A program made the position numbers and the translations under genes. From positions 2,790,001 through 2,854,000 of the forward strand of contig NC_043026.1 in NCBI RefSeq assembly GCF_006345805.1: DNA of 64,000 nucleotides, given 5' to 3'. The notes below the pieces were generated by a model, which was not told where the DNA came from, searched no databases, and saw only the letters and a program-made list of their open reading frames with translations. Shown here piece after piece: positions 39,315-52,244 of the stretch (its first letter is position 1; each line of letters opens with the position of its first letter). The DNA is from Octopus sinensis. Its lineage: Eukaryota.

Positions 39315-39677
39315 ACTAATGTAGGATAAAATTTTTTTCGGGAAAAAAATTTTATCAATAGCCAGCATATCAAAAAATACCTTTAAAGGTTAAATTTATA
39401 AATAATTTGCAAAATAAGGGCAAAAGAAAAATTCTAATGCCAAATATGCCGAAAAAAAGACAAAATTGTCAATAACCATTTTAATTTATGCATCTCGAAA
39501 TAACCGATAGAAATTTCTAAAAAATCCGTTATTACCGTATTGGTCCCAATTTCGGGATTAATTAAAATGGTTATTGACAATTTTGTCTTTTTTTCGGCAT
39601 ATTTGGCATTAGAATTTTTCTTTTGCCCTTATTTTGTAAATTATTTATATATATATATTATATATATGTATATATAT

Positions 39678-39865
39678 ACTTTAATTAAAGCACCAGAAAA
39701 TTCAACAAAACCTGTTACTCTGAGTTTCCCGTTGCCGTTTATCGGACAGTTTTTGCTAGAATTTTGTTGAATTTTCTGCTGCTTTAAATAAAGCATATTA
39801 CTCTACCACTGGTATTTGAGTACTCTTTTTTCCACCTTGTTTCACATTTATGTGTTTACTCCGGT
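39678..39865 (-). mobile_element. Second copy of the family A fold-back repeat with a degenerate hammerhead (39712-39750)
   Basis: Reverse-complement near-match to 9490-9668. Confidence 0.55.
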
Positions 39866-40740
39866 ATATATATATATATATATACATACATACATCAGTT
39901 TCACATGCCCTAACCCAACAAACCAAACTGCATCTCTTTCTCATGCCCTATACTTATGTTCATCTTTCACTGCCCTGTTCACTGTATCATTACTATCTTG
40001 TTGCCCCCCCCTATCTATAAACCCAGGTTTCACTGCACTCCCCAACCGCACACTTTTTGCATTCATGTGAAATCCCTACTCCCTACTTATGCACCTTTAA
40101 TATTCCCCCATCCCACTTATATTCTGATCCCTGCACCTTGAGAGTATGCCCTGACATTTCAGCACCATCTCTCTCTCTCCCTCCCTCTGATTGCGTAACC
40201 ACGTATCCCCTCTACAGCAGGACACCTCTTTCTATCCCTCTCTCATACCTCAAACCTCTCCTCAAAGGATCTGTCTTTTAGAGAAGGTTTCATATTTTTG
40301 TTAGAGTGAGTGATGAACGTTTTTACTGATTTGTCATCAGCTTTGGCTTTTGTGCCGCAGCCTCTTCAGTGGGGTCACGTTGACTCGGCTAGCATGGATA
40401 CACACACACACACACACACATACTGTTCTCCCCTATTTACCCTCAACCTCATTCCATCCTTGCATCTCCATGATCTGTGCTATATGTCCATTGTGGACAT
40501 GTTACCATGTGTGTGCATTCTGGCACCTCCATACTATCACCATGGTAACAAAGTATTCATGACGATGTCTGTTCAAGGGAAAATATGATAAATATTACCT
40601 TATTTGGAAACTGGTGAGGGTTTCGCAACTCAAAGGGCCTCTAACCTTAAAAAAATCAGCCTTGAGGAATTCTGTCCAATCCATGCAAGATTGGAAAAAT
40701 AGATGTTATGGTGATGATGATGATGATTTTATTCCAACAG

Positions 40741-40915
40741 ATTCCAACAACTCCATCTCTGAGTGAAGATTCTGAAGAACAGGATACTAAGAAGATCGAT
40801 GCCAAAGTGTTTGGCAATGCCCTTCTTGCACTTTGCAAAATACCAGATCCCAAACCATCGGAAATTGAAACCTTGGCTCTTGCTGCTTTCATCTCTGCCC
40901 ATCATCCGATAATTG
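40741..40915 (+). CDS. GCN1: GCN1 exon (IPTTPSLSEDSEE...ISAHHPII)
   Basis: aacag| and |gtaagt, 175 nt; matches human IISHHPSL. Confidence 0.85.
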
Positions 40916-41524
40916 GTAAGTACTTCACCTGCTTCCATCTCACTAGTCTCTCTTCTTTCACATCTCTATTTGCATCACCAAACTTATATACTACATCATT
41001 TATCCTCATCCTCATTTAACATCCATTGTCCATGCTGGCATGGACAATGGATGGTTTGACCAGGACTGGCAAGGCTGGAAGGTTGCACCAGGTTCCAGTC
41101 TGATTTGGCATAGTTTCTTATAGTTGGATGCCTTTCCCAATGCCAACCACTCCCAGAGTGTAATGGGTGCTTTTTACATGCCAGCGGCACAGGTGCCATT
41201 TGCGTAGGATAAAAATTTGCCACAACTGTGCCGCCCCGACTGGCCTCCGTGCCGGTGGCACGTAAAAAGCACCATCCGATCGTGGTCGTTGCCAGCCTCG
41301 TCTGGCACCCTGTGGAACTGAACCCTGAACATTGTGGTTGAGAAGCAAGATTCTTACCACACAGCCATGCCTATATATATATATATATATGACATCCGAG
41401 AAACAGCCATAAGGGATTAGTACCTGTACACGCATCTATTATTGTTCATTTGCAACCTGTGCTAGCATGGAAAACGAACGTTAAACGATGATGATGATGA
41501 TATATGTATGTATATATATGTATA

Positions 41525-41920
41525 TCTTTATATATAAAAGTTTGGTTGTGTGCTGTCTGTCTCCTACGATTTAGATTCCTAACTACTCCCACATTTTGCG
41601 GTGCAGTTTAACCAAAACCAGGTATCTTATAGTCGTGATTCATATCGAGCCCTTCTGGGTATTAGCGCGCGTCTACGATGAGGCTACGATTTTTAAAAAA
41701 ATTTATCATCAATTTTTCCCATTTTTAATGCATTTTTGGCATATATAAGGAAGTAACTCTCTAAAAATTTATTATTAAATCTCAACGTAAAAAGAGACAG
41801 TAACACCACCACCCCTTTGTAGTTAGCCATATTGAGATGGCTATTATACTTTACATCTCTAAAAATGCTTATATAGTTATTTCCCTTACAAACCCGAGCA
41901 ACGCCGGGCGATACTGCTAG
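41525..41920 (+). mobile_element. Non-autonomous Helitron
   Basis: A|TCTTTATATATAAAA 5' end; CCCGAGCAACGCCGGG hairpin plus CTAG|T 3' end. Confidence 0.8.
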
Positions 41921-42084
41921 TTATATATATATAATATGTTAATGCAGTTATTGAGACTTATTTCATTTGTTAAATTTGTATCACCTGCACACATGTAATC
42001 ATCTAATAAATAGATATAATTGAATGTTTACTGGCTGTCTGTCTGTCGATTGTATATCCTCTCCATTTTCTTATTTACCATATA

Positions 42085-42137
<53 letters not shown>

Positions 42138-42152
42138 CATATATATGTACAC

Positions 42153-42407
42153 ACAATTGCAGCGTGGAAGGTGTTGTAAGCCATTTAAGAAACACAAAAG
42201 CCGTTCAATTCACTTCAACATTTAAGTTTAATTTGTCAAAATATTTTCGGCGGTTTAAGACCGCGACCTGTTCTTTTGTCAGTGAGACGGTCGCGGTCTT
42301 AAACCGACGAAAATATTTTGACAAATTAAACTTAAATGTTGAAGTGAATCGAACGGCTTTTGTGCGTTTCTTAAATGGCTTACAAACACCTTCCACGCTG
42401 CAATTGT
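42153..42407. repeat. Near-perfect inverted repeat (arms about 117 bp, 20-nt loop)
   Basis: acaattgcagcgtggaagg...ccgcgacc / ggtcgcgg...ccttccacgctgcaattgt. Confidence 0.9.
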
Positions 42408-42689
42408 TTTCGTTTAAGATCAAATCACTTACTATGCAAGTACATCTCCGTAATATATATATATATATATATTCCAAAATTTTTCTATGTGACTAGCTTG
42501 AAAGATTAAGATATTTTTTGACATGAACCCAATGGTAGCCTTAACACACAAACAAAGAATCTTTATCCACCAATACAGCACTGGTTCTCATAACTCAATA
42601 TTTACATATATATAATACATATGTACATATATATACCAGTGGCGAGCTGGTAGGAACGTTAGCACACCGTGCTATATATTTACATATAT

Positions 42690-42731
<42 letters not shown>

Positions 42732-42775
42732 TATACATATATATATATATATACATATTATATATATATATACAG

Positions 42776-42994
42776 GGCGGCGAGCTGGCAGAATCGTTAG
42801 CACGCCAGGCGAAATGCGTAGCCGTATTTCGCTGCTGTTACATTCTGAGTTCAAATTCCGCCGAGGTCGACTTTGCCTTTCATCCTTTCGGGGTCGATAA
42901 ATAAAGTACCAGTTACGCACTGGGGTCGATGTAATCGACTTAATCCCTTGTCTGTCTTTGTTTGTCCCCTCTATGTTTAGCCCCTTGTGGGTAA

Positions 42995-43002
<8 letters not shown>
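42776..43002 (+). mobile_element. tRNA-derived SINE family B, representative copy (about 12 copies)
   Basis: GGCGAGCTGGCAGAATCGTTAG...GAGTTCAAATTCC head and GCCTTTCATCCTTTCGGGGTCGATAAA core. Other copies approximately at 7270-7480, 29905-30130, 35382-35580, 38175-38395, 46900-47085, 51590-52450, 53995-54185. Confidence 0.8.
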
Positions 43003-43580
<578 letters not shown>

Positions 43581-43583
43581 TTA

Positions 43584-43962
43584 GGTTGTCTCACATGAAA
43601 TGTCGCATTCGGAAACAGAAACATAAAAATTGTTTTTTAAGTTTTAGAATATTTATTTATTTCATCAGAATATGATCCTTATTCATTTATGGCCTTCATC
43701 CAACGTTTCTCTAAGGCATAAATTCCATCTTCAACGAATTTGTCATAAACTGTTCGAATGCTTCAATTAGCTCTCGGTATTGTTCGGTTGTCAACATTGT
43801 CATAAGGGCTGTGGGTAGCAGTTTCGAATGATAGTATTGTCTAGAAAGAAAACAAGGGTCAAGAGCAAACACATGCAAATACATAGGAACTCATTCAAAA
43901 TCCATTTATTGATGACTCATAAGCAGACCCACTTAAAAGACAACATTTCATGTGAGACAGCC
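43584..43962 (-). mobile_element. Deleted mariner-type element (MITE)
   Basis: TIRs GG(T/C)TGTCTCACATGAAATGT with TA on both sides; internal remnant EDGIYALEKRWMKAINE*GSY resembles the mariner C-terminus. Confidence 0.75.
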
Positions 43963-43996
43963 TAATGTATATATATTTAATATATATATATATATA

Positions 43997-44367
43997 CTAG
44001 CAGTATCGCCCGGCGTTGCTCAGGTTTGTAAGGGAAATAACTATAAAGCATTTTTAGAGAGTTATAGCAAAAAAATGGGGAAAAAATGATGGTAAATTTT
44101 TTTGAGAGTTAAAAAAGGTGGAGTTGCGTCCCCTAGACGGTCTGTGGTTTGGGTTTCTGATTCTCGACCCCATGTCGAAGTTATCGATTTTTTTCAGAAC
44201 TGGAGGAACTTTTCAAAATTTTCGCTGCGTTAGTTTTGAATTATGACATTGGGCTATGTGTGTGTCAAGTTTCATCAGAATCGGTTGAAAGCCGTGGTCA
44301 GGGTGAGGGTACGAGAAAACAGACACACAGAAACACGCACAGACAAACTGCCGTTTATATAGAGAGA
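43997..44367 (-). mobile_element. Non-autonomous Helitron (5' part shared with the 20932 element)
   Basis: TCTCTCTATATAAACGGC 5' end; hairpin plus CTAG 3' end. Confidence 0.75.
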
Positions 44368-44867
44368 TATATATATATATATATAGTGGATTTGGTAGAG
44401 GGAAGCTAAAAGAAGCCCGTCGTATATATGTATATATATATATATATGTGTGCGTGTGTGTTTGTGTGTCTGTGTTTGTCCCCCTAGCATTGCTTGACAA
44501 CCGATGCTGGTGTGTTTATGTCCCCGTTACTTAGCGGTTCGGCAAAAGAGACCGATAGAATAAGTACTGGGCTTACAAAGAATAAGTCCCGGGGTCGAGT
44601 TGCTCGACTAAAGGCGGTGCTCCAGCATGGCCGCAGTCAACTGACTTGAAACAAGTAAAAGAGTAAAGAGTATATATATATATATATATATATACTTAAT
44701 AAATAGAGTTCGGCAAAGATTTGCTTTACCACATACCGAAGTTTAGAAATAGCAGCCAAAAAACGTTAGCTATTTCTTCTACTTTAAAAAGGGACTCCCA
44801 GAAAAACCAAAATACTTGAAAACAATCACACAGGCAGAGAGGAAAATCAATCAATATCTGGTCACCT

Positions 44868-44944
44868 ATGGACGCGCATTTCGGAATTAGGTTGCAATAA
44901 AGAATATATAATTATACGTTACCAACCGTTTTCCTCTTCAGCAC
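44868..44944 (-). ncRNA. Hammerhead-like motif with intact core and weak stem I
   Basis: Minus strand: GTG-CTGAAGA-GGAA aac GGTTG...CAACC taa TTCC-GAAAT-GCGC-GTC-CAT. Confidence 0.55.
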
Positions 44945-45601
44945 CCTTTGTTATTATTGATTACTTCTTAATTAATTAATTTTACCCTTTGTTATATATA
45001 CTTTTATATATCATTATATACTCTTTTACTTGTTTCAGTCATTTGACTGCGGCCATGCTGGAGCACCGCCTTTAATCAAGCAACTCGACCCCGGGACTTA
45101 TTCTTTTGTAAGCCTAGTACTTATTCTATCGGTCTGTTTTGTCGAACCGCTAAGTGACGGGGACATAAACACACCAGCATCGGTTGTCAAGCAATGCTAG
45201 GGGGGCAAACACAGACACACAAACATACACGCACACACATATATATATACATATATACAATGGGCTTCTTTCAGTTTCTGTCTACCAAATCCACTCACAA
45301 GGCATTGGTCGGCCCGGGGCTATAGCAGTGGGACTGAACTCGGAACCATGTGGTTGGTTAGCAAGCTACTTACCACACAGCCACTCCTGCGCCTTATATA
45401 TATATATATATATATATAAGATACATGGCCACAGCTCATGAGCTGAAACTAGATAAAATAAAAAATAAATACACACACACACATACACACACACACACAT
45501 ACATCATGGACTCTCATGTTGTTTTGATATTTTCAGTATCATTAATCATAATAATGCTTTTATCATAACTCTTTATTTTTTGGTAAAAATAAATAAATAA
45601 A

Positions 45602-45772
45602 GGCGCAGGAGTGGCTGTGTGGTAAGTAGCTTGCTTACCAACCGCATGGTTCCGGGTTCAGTCCCACTGCGTGGCATCTTGGGCAAGCGTCTTCTGCTAT
45701 AGCCTCGGGCCGACCAATGCCTTGTGAGTGGATTTTGTAGACGGAAACTGAAAGAAGCCTGTCGTATATATG

Positions 45773-45821
<49 letters not shown>

Positions 45822-46035
45822 CTGTGTTTGTCTCCCTAGCATTGCTTGACAACCGATGCTGGTGTGTTTACGTCCCCATCACTTTCGGTTCAGCAAAAAG
45901 AGACCGATAGAATAAGTACTGGGCTTACAAAGAATAAGTCCCGGGGTCGATTTGCTCGACTAAGGTGGTGCCCCAGCATGACCACAGTCAACTGACTTGA
46001 AACAAGTAAAAGAGTAAAAAAGAGTAAAGAGAGTA
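45602..46035 (+). mobile_element. tRNA-derived SINE family A, representative full-length copy (about 20 copies on both strands)
   Basis: Head GGCGCAGGAGTGGCTGTGTGGTAAG...GGTTCAGTCC (A/B-box-like), internal (TA)n(TG)n, (AAGAGT)n tail. Other copies approximately at 690-1085, 5003-5395, 7975-8345, 13425-13805, 25700-26095, 27720-28111, 32030-32415, 37497-37880, 45020-45392, 48800-49200, 50095-50478. Confidence 0.85.
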
Positions 46036-46361
46036 TTGCATGTATTTTCTTCATTTCATAACTGTTTACTTTTCCACCCATCCCCCCCCCCGTGTCTATG
46101 TGTGTGTGTGTGAGGTAAATATGCAGTTCTGCTCTGGTTTAATTGCACTGCAGATTACTGCAGGTAGACGGTGATGAAGAATTGATAGTGGCTGATGTCA
46201 TAGACTTGAAGAAGAAATCAGGTAGGAAGGTTATGTGTGTGTGTGTACACATACACACACTCTTATGTATGCCACAGTCTGTATCATTTCAATCCTATTC
46301 ATTTGTGCTGCTCCCTTCATCTGACTAAACCGTCCTTTGATTCGTTCCTTGTTTTCCACAG

Positions 46362-46483
46362 TGTCCTACAGTAAACATATGTGGCAGGACATCCTGAAAC
46401 AGTCGGGCCAAAATGCCAAGACATTTGTCAAAGACCATTCGGACAAATGCCTGGAGATTGTCAGTAATGCAGATTTTGAAACG
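46362..46483 (+). CDS. GCN1: GCN1 exon (VSYSKHMWQDILKQSGQNAKTFV...FET)
   Basis: ccacag| and |gtaagg, 122 nt, phases fit; aligns with human LWPALLARMKIDPEAFI. Confidence 0.82.
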
Positions 46484-47885
46484 GTAAGGCTCTACAATTC
46501 ATCTGTCTCCTTTTTCTCTCTCTTGGTCAATCCATTTCCCATCTGCTTTCTGTTACATATACATTCTATTATTATATTTTGTGGGGATGGTCATAATTTT
46601 GCCAGTTAACCACACACTGAAGGGTTTCAGAGGAAGGACACTGAAATACGAATCATCATCATCATCATCATCATTTAACATCTGTTTTCCATGCTGGCAT
46701 GGGTTGGACAGTTTGACTGGGGACTGGCAAGCCAGGAGGCTGCACCAGGCTCCAACCTGATTTGGCAGAGTTTCTACAGCTGGATGCCCTTCCTAATGCC
46801 AACCACCCTGAGAGTGTAGTGGATGCTTTTTACGTGCCACCAGCACCAGTCAGGCCGTACTGGCATTGACCACGACCTTTCTACTAAAGGTACAAGGCCT
46901 GAAATTCGGGGGGGGGGGGTAAGTTGATTACATCGACCCCAATACACAACTGGTACTTATTTTGGTGACCCCCAAAAGGATGAAAGCCAAAGTCGACATT
47001 GGCGGAATTCGAACTCAGAACAGCAGATGAAATACTACCAAGCATTTTGTCCCGTGTGCTAACAATTCTACCAGCTCACCACCTTACTAATAATAAGAAG
47101 AAGAATGATGATGATAAAGGTAAATTTTCGAAGAAGTATCTAGTTCTTGTGTTTAATTGGCAAAAATATGACGATTCCCAAGAATAACAATGTCTGTTTC
47201 AAAACTTGATTTCACATCAAGAATCTTGTGAAAGAAACAAATAAATGTGTTTCTCCTGATTGAACTTTCCATGCATTAACATGTTCCTCGTTGCAACAAT
47301 GCAAACTTCCATTTAATCAAGATTTCCTTGGCCAGAAGAGTAGCCTGTGGTATACACCTCGCTCGGATATTTACTACTTCCAAGGTTCCACTCGCTATAA
47401 AACATGTAGCTCGGATCTTATCCACTCCATTCCATAAATCTTCTAAATATATATATGTATAAAGAATTGATAGAGGGAGCCATGTGCAATGTGTTACCAA
47501 AAAGGTATTAAGTATGACTAGGGTGTTAGAACACCTGTGTTGCTAGAAATAAGAGCTAAAATGCTAACACTGTAGTTAAAGCACATATGCATACAATTAT
47601 GTGCTTTAACTAGAGCAGTAGAGCATTTTAGCTCTTATTTCTAGCAATGTAGGTATTCTAACACCCTTGGTCATATGTAGTGATAATTATAGTTTTCCTA
47701 TACACACAAACACACACAAATTTATTATTTATTGATCAGGGAACTGCCTAACACTCTGATCTCTTTCACTCTGATCCTTTATTTTCCTGACTTCTTCTCC
47801 TCTCATGTGGGAATACTCACCTCATGGAATCCTTACTCAATGTCATGATCCACATACTTGGGTATCCTGGAAATAGCTGTGAAAG

Positions 47886-47922
<37 letters not shown>

Positions 47923-48092
47923 ATTTATTCTCTATCTAAATTAAATGTTCTTTTTTGAGTGAGCCAATGTTTTGGTTTTTAATTCTATCTTTGAATCTGT
48001 TTCCACCTGCTGAAGGAGAAGCCATTTCTAGCCACCTTCAATAGACAATGGAAATATGTGTGCATATGTATTTATATGTGTATATATGTATA

Positions 48093-48396
48093 TCTATATA
48101 TAAAATTAAAGTTGTGTGTGTGAGACTCTGTTTCCTTCGATTTAGATTCCTAACTACTCCCACATTTTGCGGTGCAGTTTAACCAAAAGTGGGTATCTTA
48201 TAGTCGTCATTCATATCGAGCCCTTCTGGGTATTAGCACGCGTCTACGATGAGTCATCGATTTAACAAAAATTTACCATCGTTTTTCCACGTTTTTAATG
48301 ATTTTTGCTCGGGTTATATAAGGGAAGTAACTCTCTAAAAATGCTTATATAGTTATTTCCCTTACAAACCCGAGCAACGTCGGGCGATACTGCTAG
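48093..48396 (+). mobile_element. Non-autonomous Helitron (same family as 41525)
   Basis: TC...hairpin-CTAG termini and shared internal sequence. Confidence 0.8.
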
Positions 48397-48474
48397 TACA
48401 TGTATATATCTATGTGTGTGTGTGTGTACATGAATTTATTTCTAATATTCTCTGTATGTTTTATATCCTTGCAG

Positions 48475-48653
48475 TGTGTAGAGAACGGTGTAGCATCCCT
48501 GGTCTCCACTGCACCTGACAGGTTCCTCCCACAGCTCATCGCTCAGATCTGTGACCAACTGGCATCGGCAGAGTTCTTACAAGTGACGCAAGACGAGTAT
48601 GGGATCTTTAGGTGCCCTGAAGGACAGCTGTATGACAAGGCTGTCTTAGAGAG
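48475..48653 (+). CDS. GCN1: GCN1 exon (CVENGVASLVSTAPDRFLPQLI...GQLYDKAVLE)
   Basis: ttgcag| and |gtaact, 179 nt; matches human SPDRVLPQLI and GELYDKSII. Confidence 0.95.
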
Positions 48654-49002
48654 GTAACTACTTGTTCTTCTTGTTCTTACTATTCGTGTAACTCCCTGGT
48701 GTGGCTCTGTGGTTAAGAACAATGCCTTCCAAGCCATGTGGCTGTGGGTTCCAGCCTTCTCCCCGGCACTTTGGCTGAGCGTCTTTTACCTCTCTTTTAC
48801 TCTTTACTCTTTTCAGTCATTTGACTGCGGCCATGCTGGAACACCGGCTTTAATCGAGCAACTTGACCCCAAGACTTATTCTTTGTAAGCCCAGTACTTA
48901 TTCTATTGGTCTCTTTTGCCGAACCGCTAAGTGACGAGGACATAAACACACCAGCATCGGTTGTCAAGCAATGCTAAGGGGACAAACACAGACACACACA
49001 CA

Positions 49003-49040
<38 letters not shown>

Positions 49041-51056
49041 TACGACAGGCTTCTTTCAGTTTCCGTCTACCAAATCCACTCACAAGGCTTTGGTCGGCCC
49101 GGGGCTATAGTAGAAGACACTTGCCCAAGGTACCACACAGTGGGACTGAACCCGGAACCATGTGGTTGGTAAACAATCTACTTACCACACAGCCACTCCT
49201 ACACCTATCGTCTAGTTTTGTAACTGAAATTTGCTGGGTGGATACTGTGCAGAAGCCTTTAGTGTTTTTGTGCTACCTTTTATCTTGTTTGACTTTTTGA
49301 CCTTGAGATTACTTCACAAAGTATAAAACCGACTCCACACCCGGCATTCCATTGGTTAGGATTACGAAGGTTCCAGTTGATCCAACCAACAAAGCTGCCT
49401 GCTTGTGAAATTAACCTGAAAGTGGCTGAGTACTCCACAGGCACGAGTACCCTCAATGGAGTTCTTGGGGAGATTCAATCATCATCATCATCATCGTTTA
49501 ACGTTCGTTTTCTGCGCTAGCATGGGTTGGACGGTTCAACTGGGGTCTGGGAAGCCAGGGGCTGCACCAGGCTCCAATCTTGATCTGGTAGTGTTTCTAC
49601 AGCTGGATGCCCTTCCTAACGCCAACCACTCTGAGAGTGTAGTGGGTGCTTTTTACGTGCCACTGGCACAGGTGCCAGGGGTGTCTGGCATCGGCCATGA
49701 TCAGTTGGTGCTTTTAACGTGCCACCGGGACTGGCCCCCTTTGAATTACGGGGACAGCTGAGTGGACTTGGCTGACGGGAAACAACCGGGCACTCCATTG
49801 ATTAAAAGGGGCAAGGGTTCCAATCAATGGAACAACTGGCTCGTGAAACTCAAGTGCAAGTGGCTGAGTACTCCACAGACACACCTGTACCTTTAACCCT
49901 TTTGTTACCATATTTCTGGTGAGATGCTTTGTTTCTTTCAATTAATTTACTAAAACAATCTCCGCCTCTTTGAGGAGCTGCCGTAATTACCAAACGGTAA
50001 TTAAAACCAGTTTTCTAATGCAAGGGAGAGAATTCTAATTCCCATTCTTTGACAGAACTGGACATTTGTCTTGGCAAACTTTTGAACAGGATACTCTTTT
50101 ACTTGTTTCAGTCATTTGACTGCGGCCATGCTGGAGCACCGCCTTTAGTCGAGCAAATCGACCCCTGGGACTTATTCTTTTGTAAGCCCAGTACTTATTC
50201 TATCGGTCTCTTTTACCGAACCGCTCAGTAACGGGGACGTAAACACACCAGCATCGGTTGTCAAGCAATGCTAGGGGGGACAAACACACACACACATACA
50301 TATATATACATATATACGACGGGCTTCTTTCAGTTTCCGTCTACCAAATCCATTCACAAGGCATTGGTCGACCCCCAAGGCTATAGTAGAAGACACTTGC
50401 CCAAGGTGCCACGCAGTGGGACTGAACCCAGAACCATGTGGTTGGTTAGCAAGCTACTTACCACACAGCCACTCCTGCACCTTTAGAATTAAAAATAATT
50501 TTAAAGAGTGTCACCCATGCTGACTTTAGCCATAGGCATGTCTATGTGGTAAGAAGTTTGCTTCCCAACCACATGGATCTGGGTTCAGTCCCACTGCGTG
50601 GTATCCTGAGCAAAAGTTTTCTACTATGAGAGCAAGTTCATCTGCATGTAGTTGTTCCCCTGGGCAGCTGTGGGCCTCACAGAGGTGATGCTGAGTGATC
50701 AAGAACTTTGACAATTTGCTGCAGAAGACTTGTGGAACCATAGCTGAGGACAGTACCGATGACACATAAAAGGGACCCACTACACTATGGCGTGGTTGGT
50801 GATAGGAAAGGCATCCAGTTGTAGAAACCAAGCCAAAATCGGGCTGGAGCCTGGTACAGCTCTCCGGCTTACCAGTTCTAGTCACACCATGTAACCCATG
50901 CCAACGTGGAAAACGGACACTAAATGATGATGGTGGTGGTGGTGGCGGCTTGGAGGATGTTGCTGGCCTCTCAACAGCATACGTACACCAATTATGATAT
51001 GGAGATGGCTAGTTCTAATACAGTTTTCATTTTTGCTTTCTTCACTTCTGCCACAG

Positions 51057-51150
51057 TGTCTTGAAGAATGAAGTGAAAGAAACCAACATTCGAAGAGAGA
51101 ACAAACTTTATTCCTATGCTGAACAAATGGCCGAGATTGAGCTACGGAAG
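51057..51150 (+). CDS. GCN1: GCN1 exon (VLKNEVKETNIRRENKLYSYAEQMAEIELRK)
   Basis: ccacag| and |gtaagc, 94 nt; matches human NMKRENKAYSFKEQIIELEL. Confidence 0.95.
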
Positions 51151-52208
51151 GTAAGCAGTGGTATTACCGTTCTTGATGTTTCTTGATTTTCCTTTCACAC
51201 CCTGTTTCTACGACTGTGTCTGAGACAAAGCTGGCCCTCTCACGTAGAGACTCAGTCTAGCATGTATTGCAGTATAAGTGGCTGAGTACACCTCTGACAT
51301 ATCTACCCATAACCTCCTAATTCTGAGGCAGGATCAATGTGTCAAAACTTCTCCTATCCCTCTGATAGGCTTTCACTAGTGCTTTGGTCTCCTGGCTTAG
51401 GGCTTGCCCGTGATGAATGACATTGGCTCAAGGTGCCTTCTACAGCCATTGACCCTCTTTTCTCTAACACTCTGACCAATCATGCTATTAATAATAATAA
51501 TAATAATTTCTTTATTAATCACAAGGGTAAAACCCCTTTCTGCTGTTGGCACAACACCTGAAATTTTGGGAGTACAGAGCTAGTTAATTGCAATTAACCC
51601 CAATATTCAACTGGTACTTATTTTATCAACCCTCAAAAGAATGAAAGTTCACTTTGGTAGAATTTGAACACAGAACATAAAGACAGATGAAATGGTTTAC
51701 CATACTTTGTCCAATGCGCTAACGATTCTGCCAGCCCACACCTTAATTATTATAATAATAATAATAATAATAATAATAACGGTTTTAAATTTTGTCACAA
51801 AGGCAGCCATTTTGAGAGAGGGAACAGTCGATTACATTGACCCCAGTGTTTCACTGGTACTTATTTTATCAACCCAGAAAGGATGAAAGGTGAAGTTGAC
51901 TGCGGCAGAATTTGAACTCAGAACATGGCGACAGGCAAAATGCATTTCTCCCAGCTTGCTGCTTTAATAATGATAATCATCTTTTCTACTATAGGCACAA
52001 GGCTTGAAATTTGGGGAGAGAGGGCTAGTTGATTGCATCGACCCCAGAGTTTCTCTGGTATTTAACTTATCGACTCAGAAAGGATGACAGGTAAAGTCGA
52101 CCTCGGCAGAATTTGAACTCAGAGTCTAGCGGCAGATGAAGTACCACTAAGCATTTTATCCAACATGGTAACAATTCTGCCAGTTCACTGCCTTTGATGA
52201 TGATGATG

Positions 52209-52244
<36 letters not shown>

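Noticed and set aside
45602-45680. tRNA-like sequence with A/B boxes
   Set aside because: SINE head with no complete cloverleaf; about 20 copies continue into the SINE body, so not tRNA genes
46154-46221. Possible cassette exon (cag|...ATCAG|gtagga)
   Set aside because: 68 or 58 nt, not frame-preserving, with an immediate stop in the GCN1 frame and a weak polypyrimidine tract; could only be a poison exon and has no support without RNA data
47276-47500. 74-aa ORF faintly resembling a LINE reverse transcriptase segment
   Set aside because: No recognisable catalytic motif; similarity too weak to support
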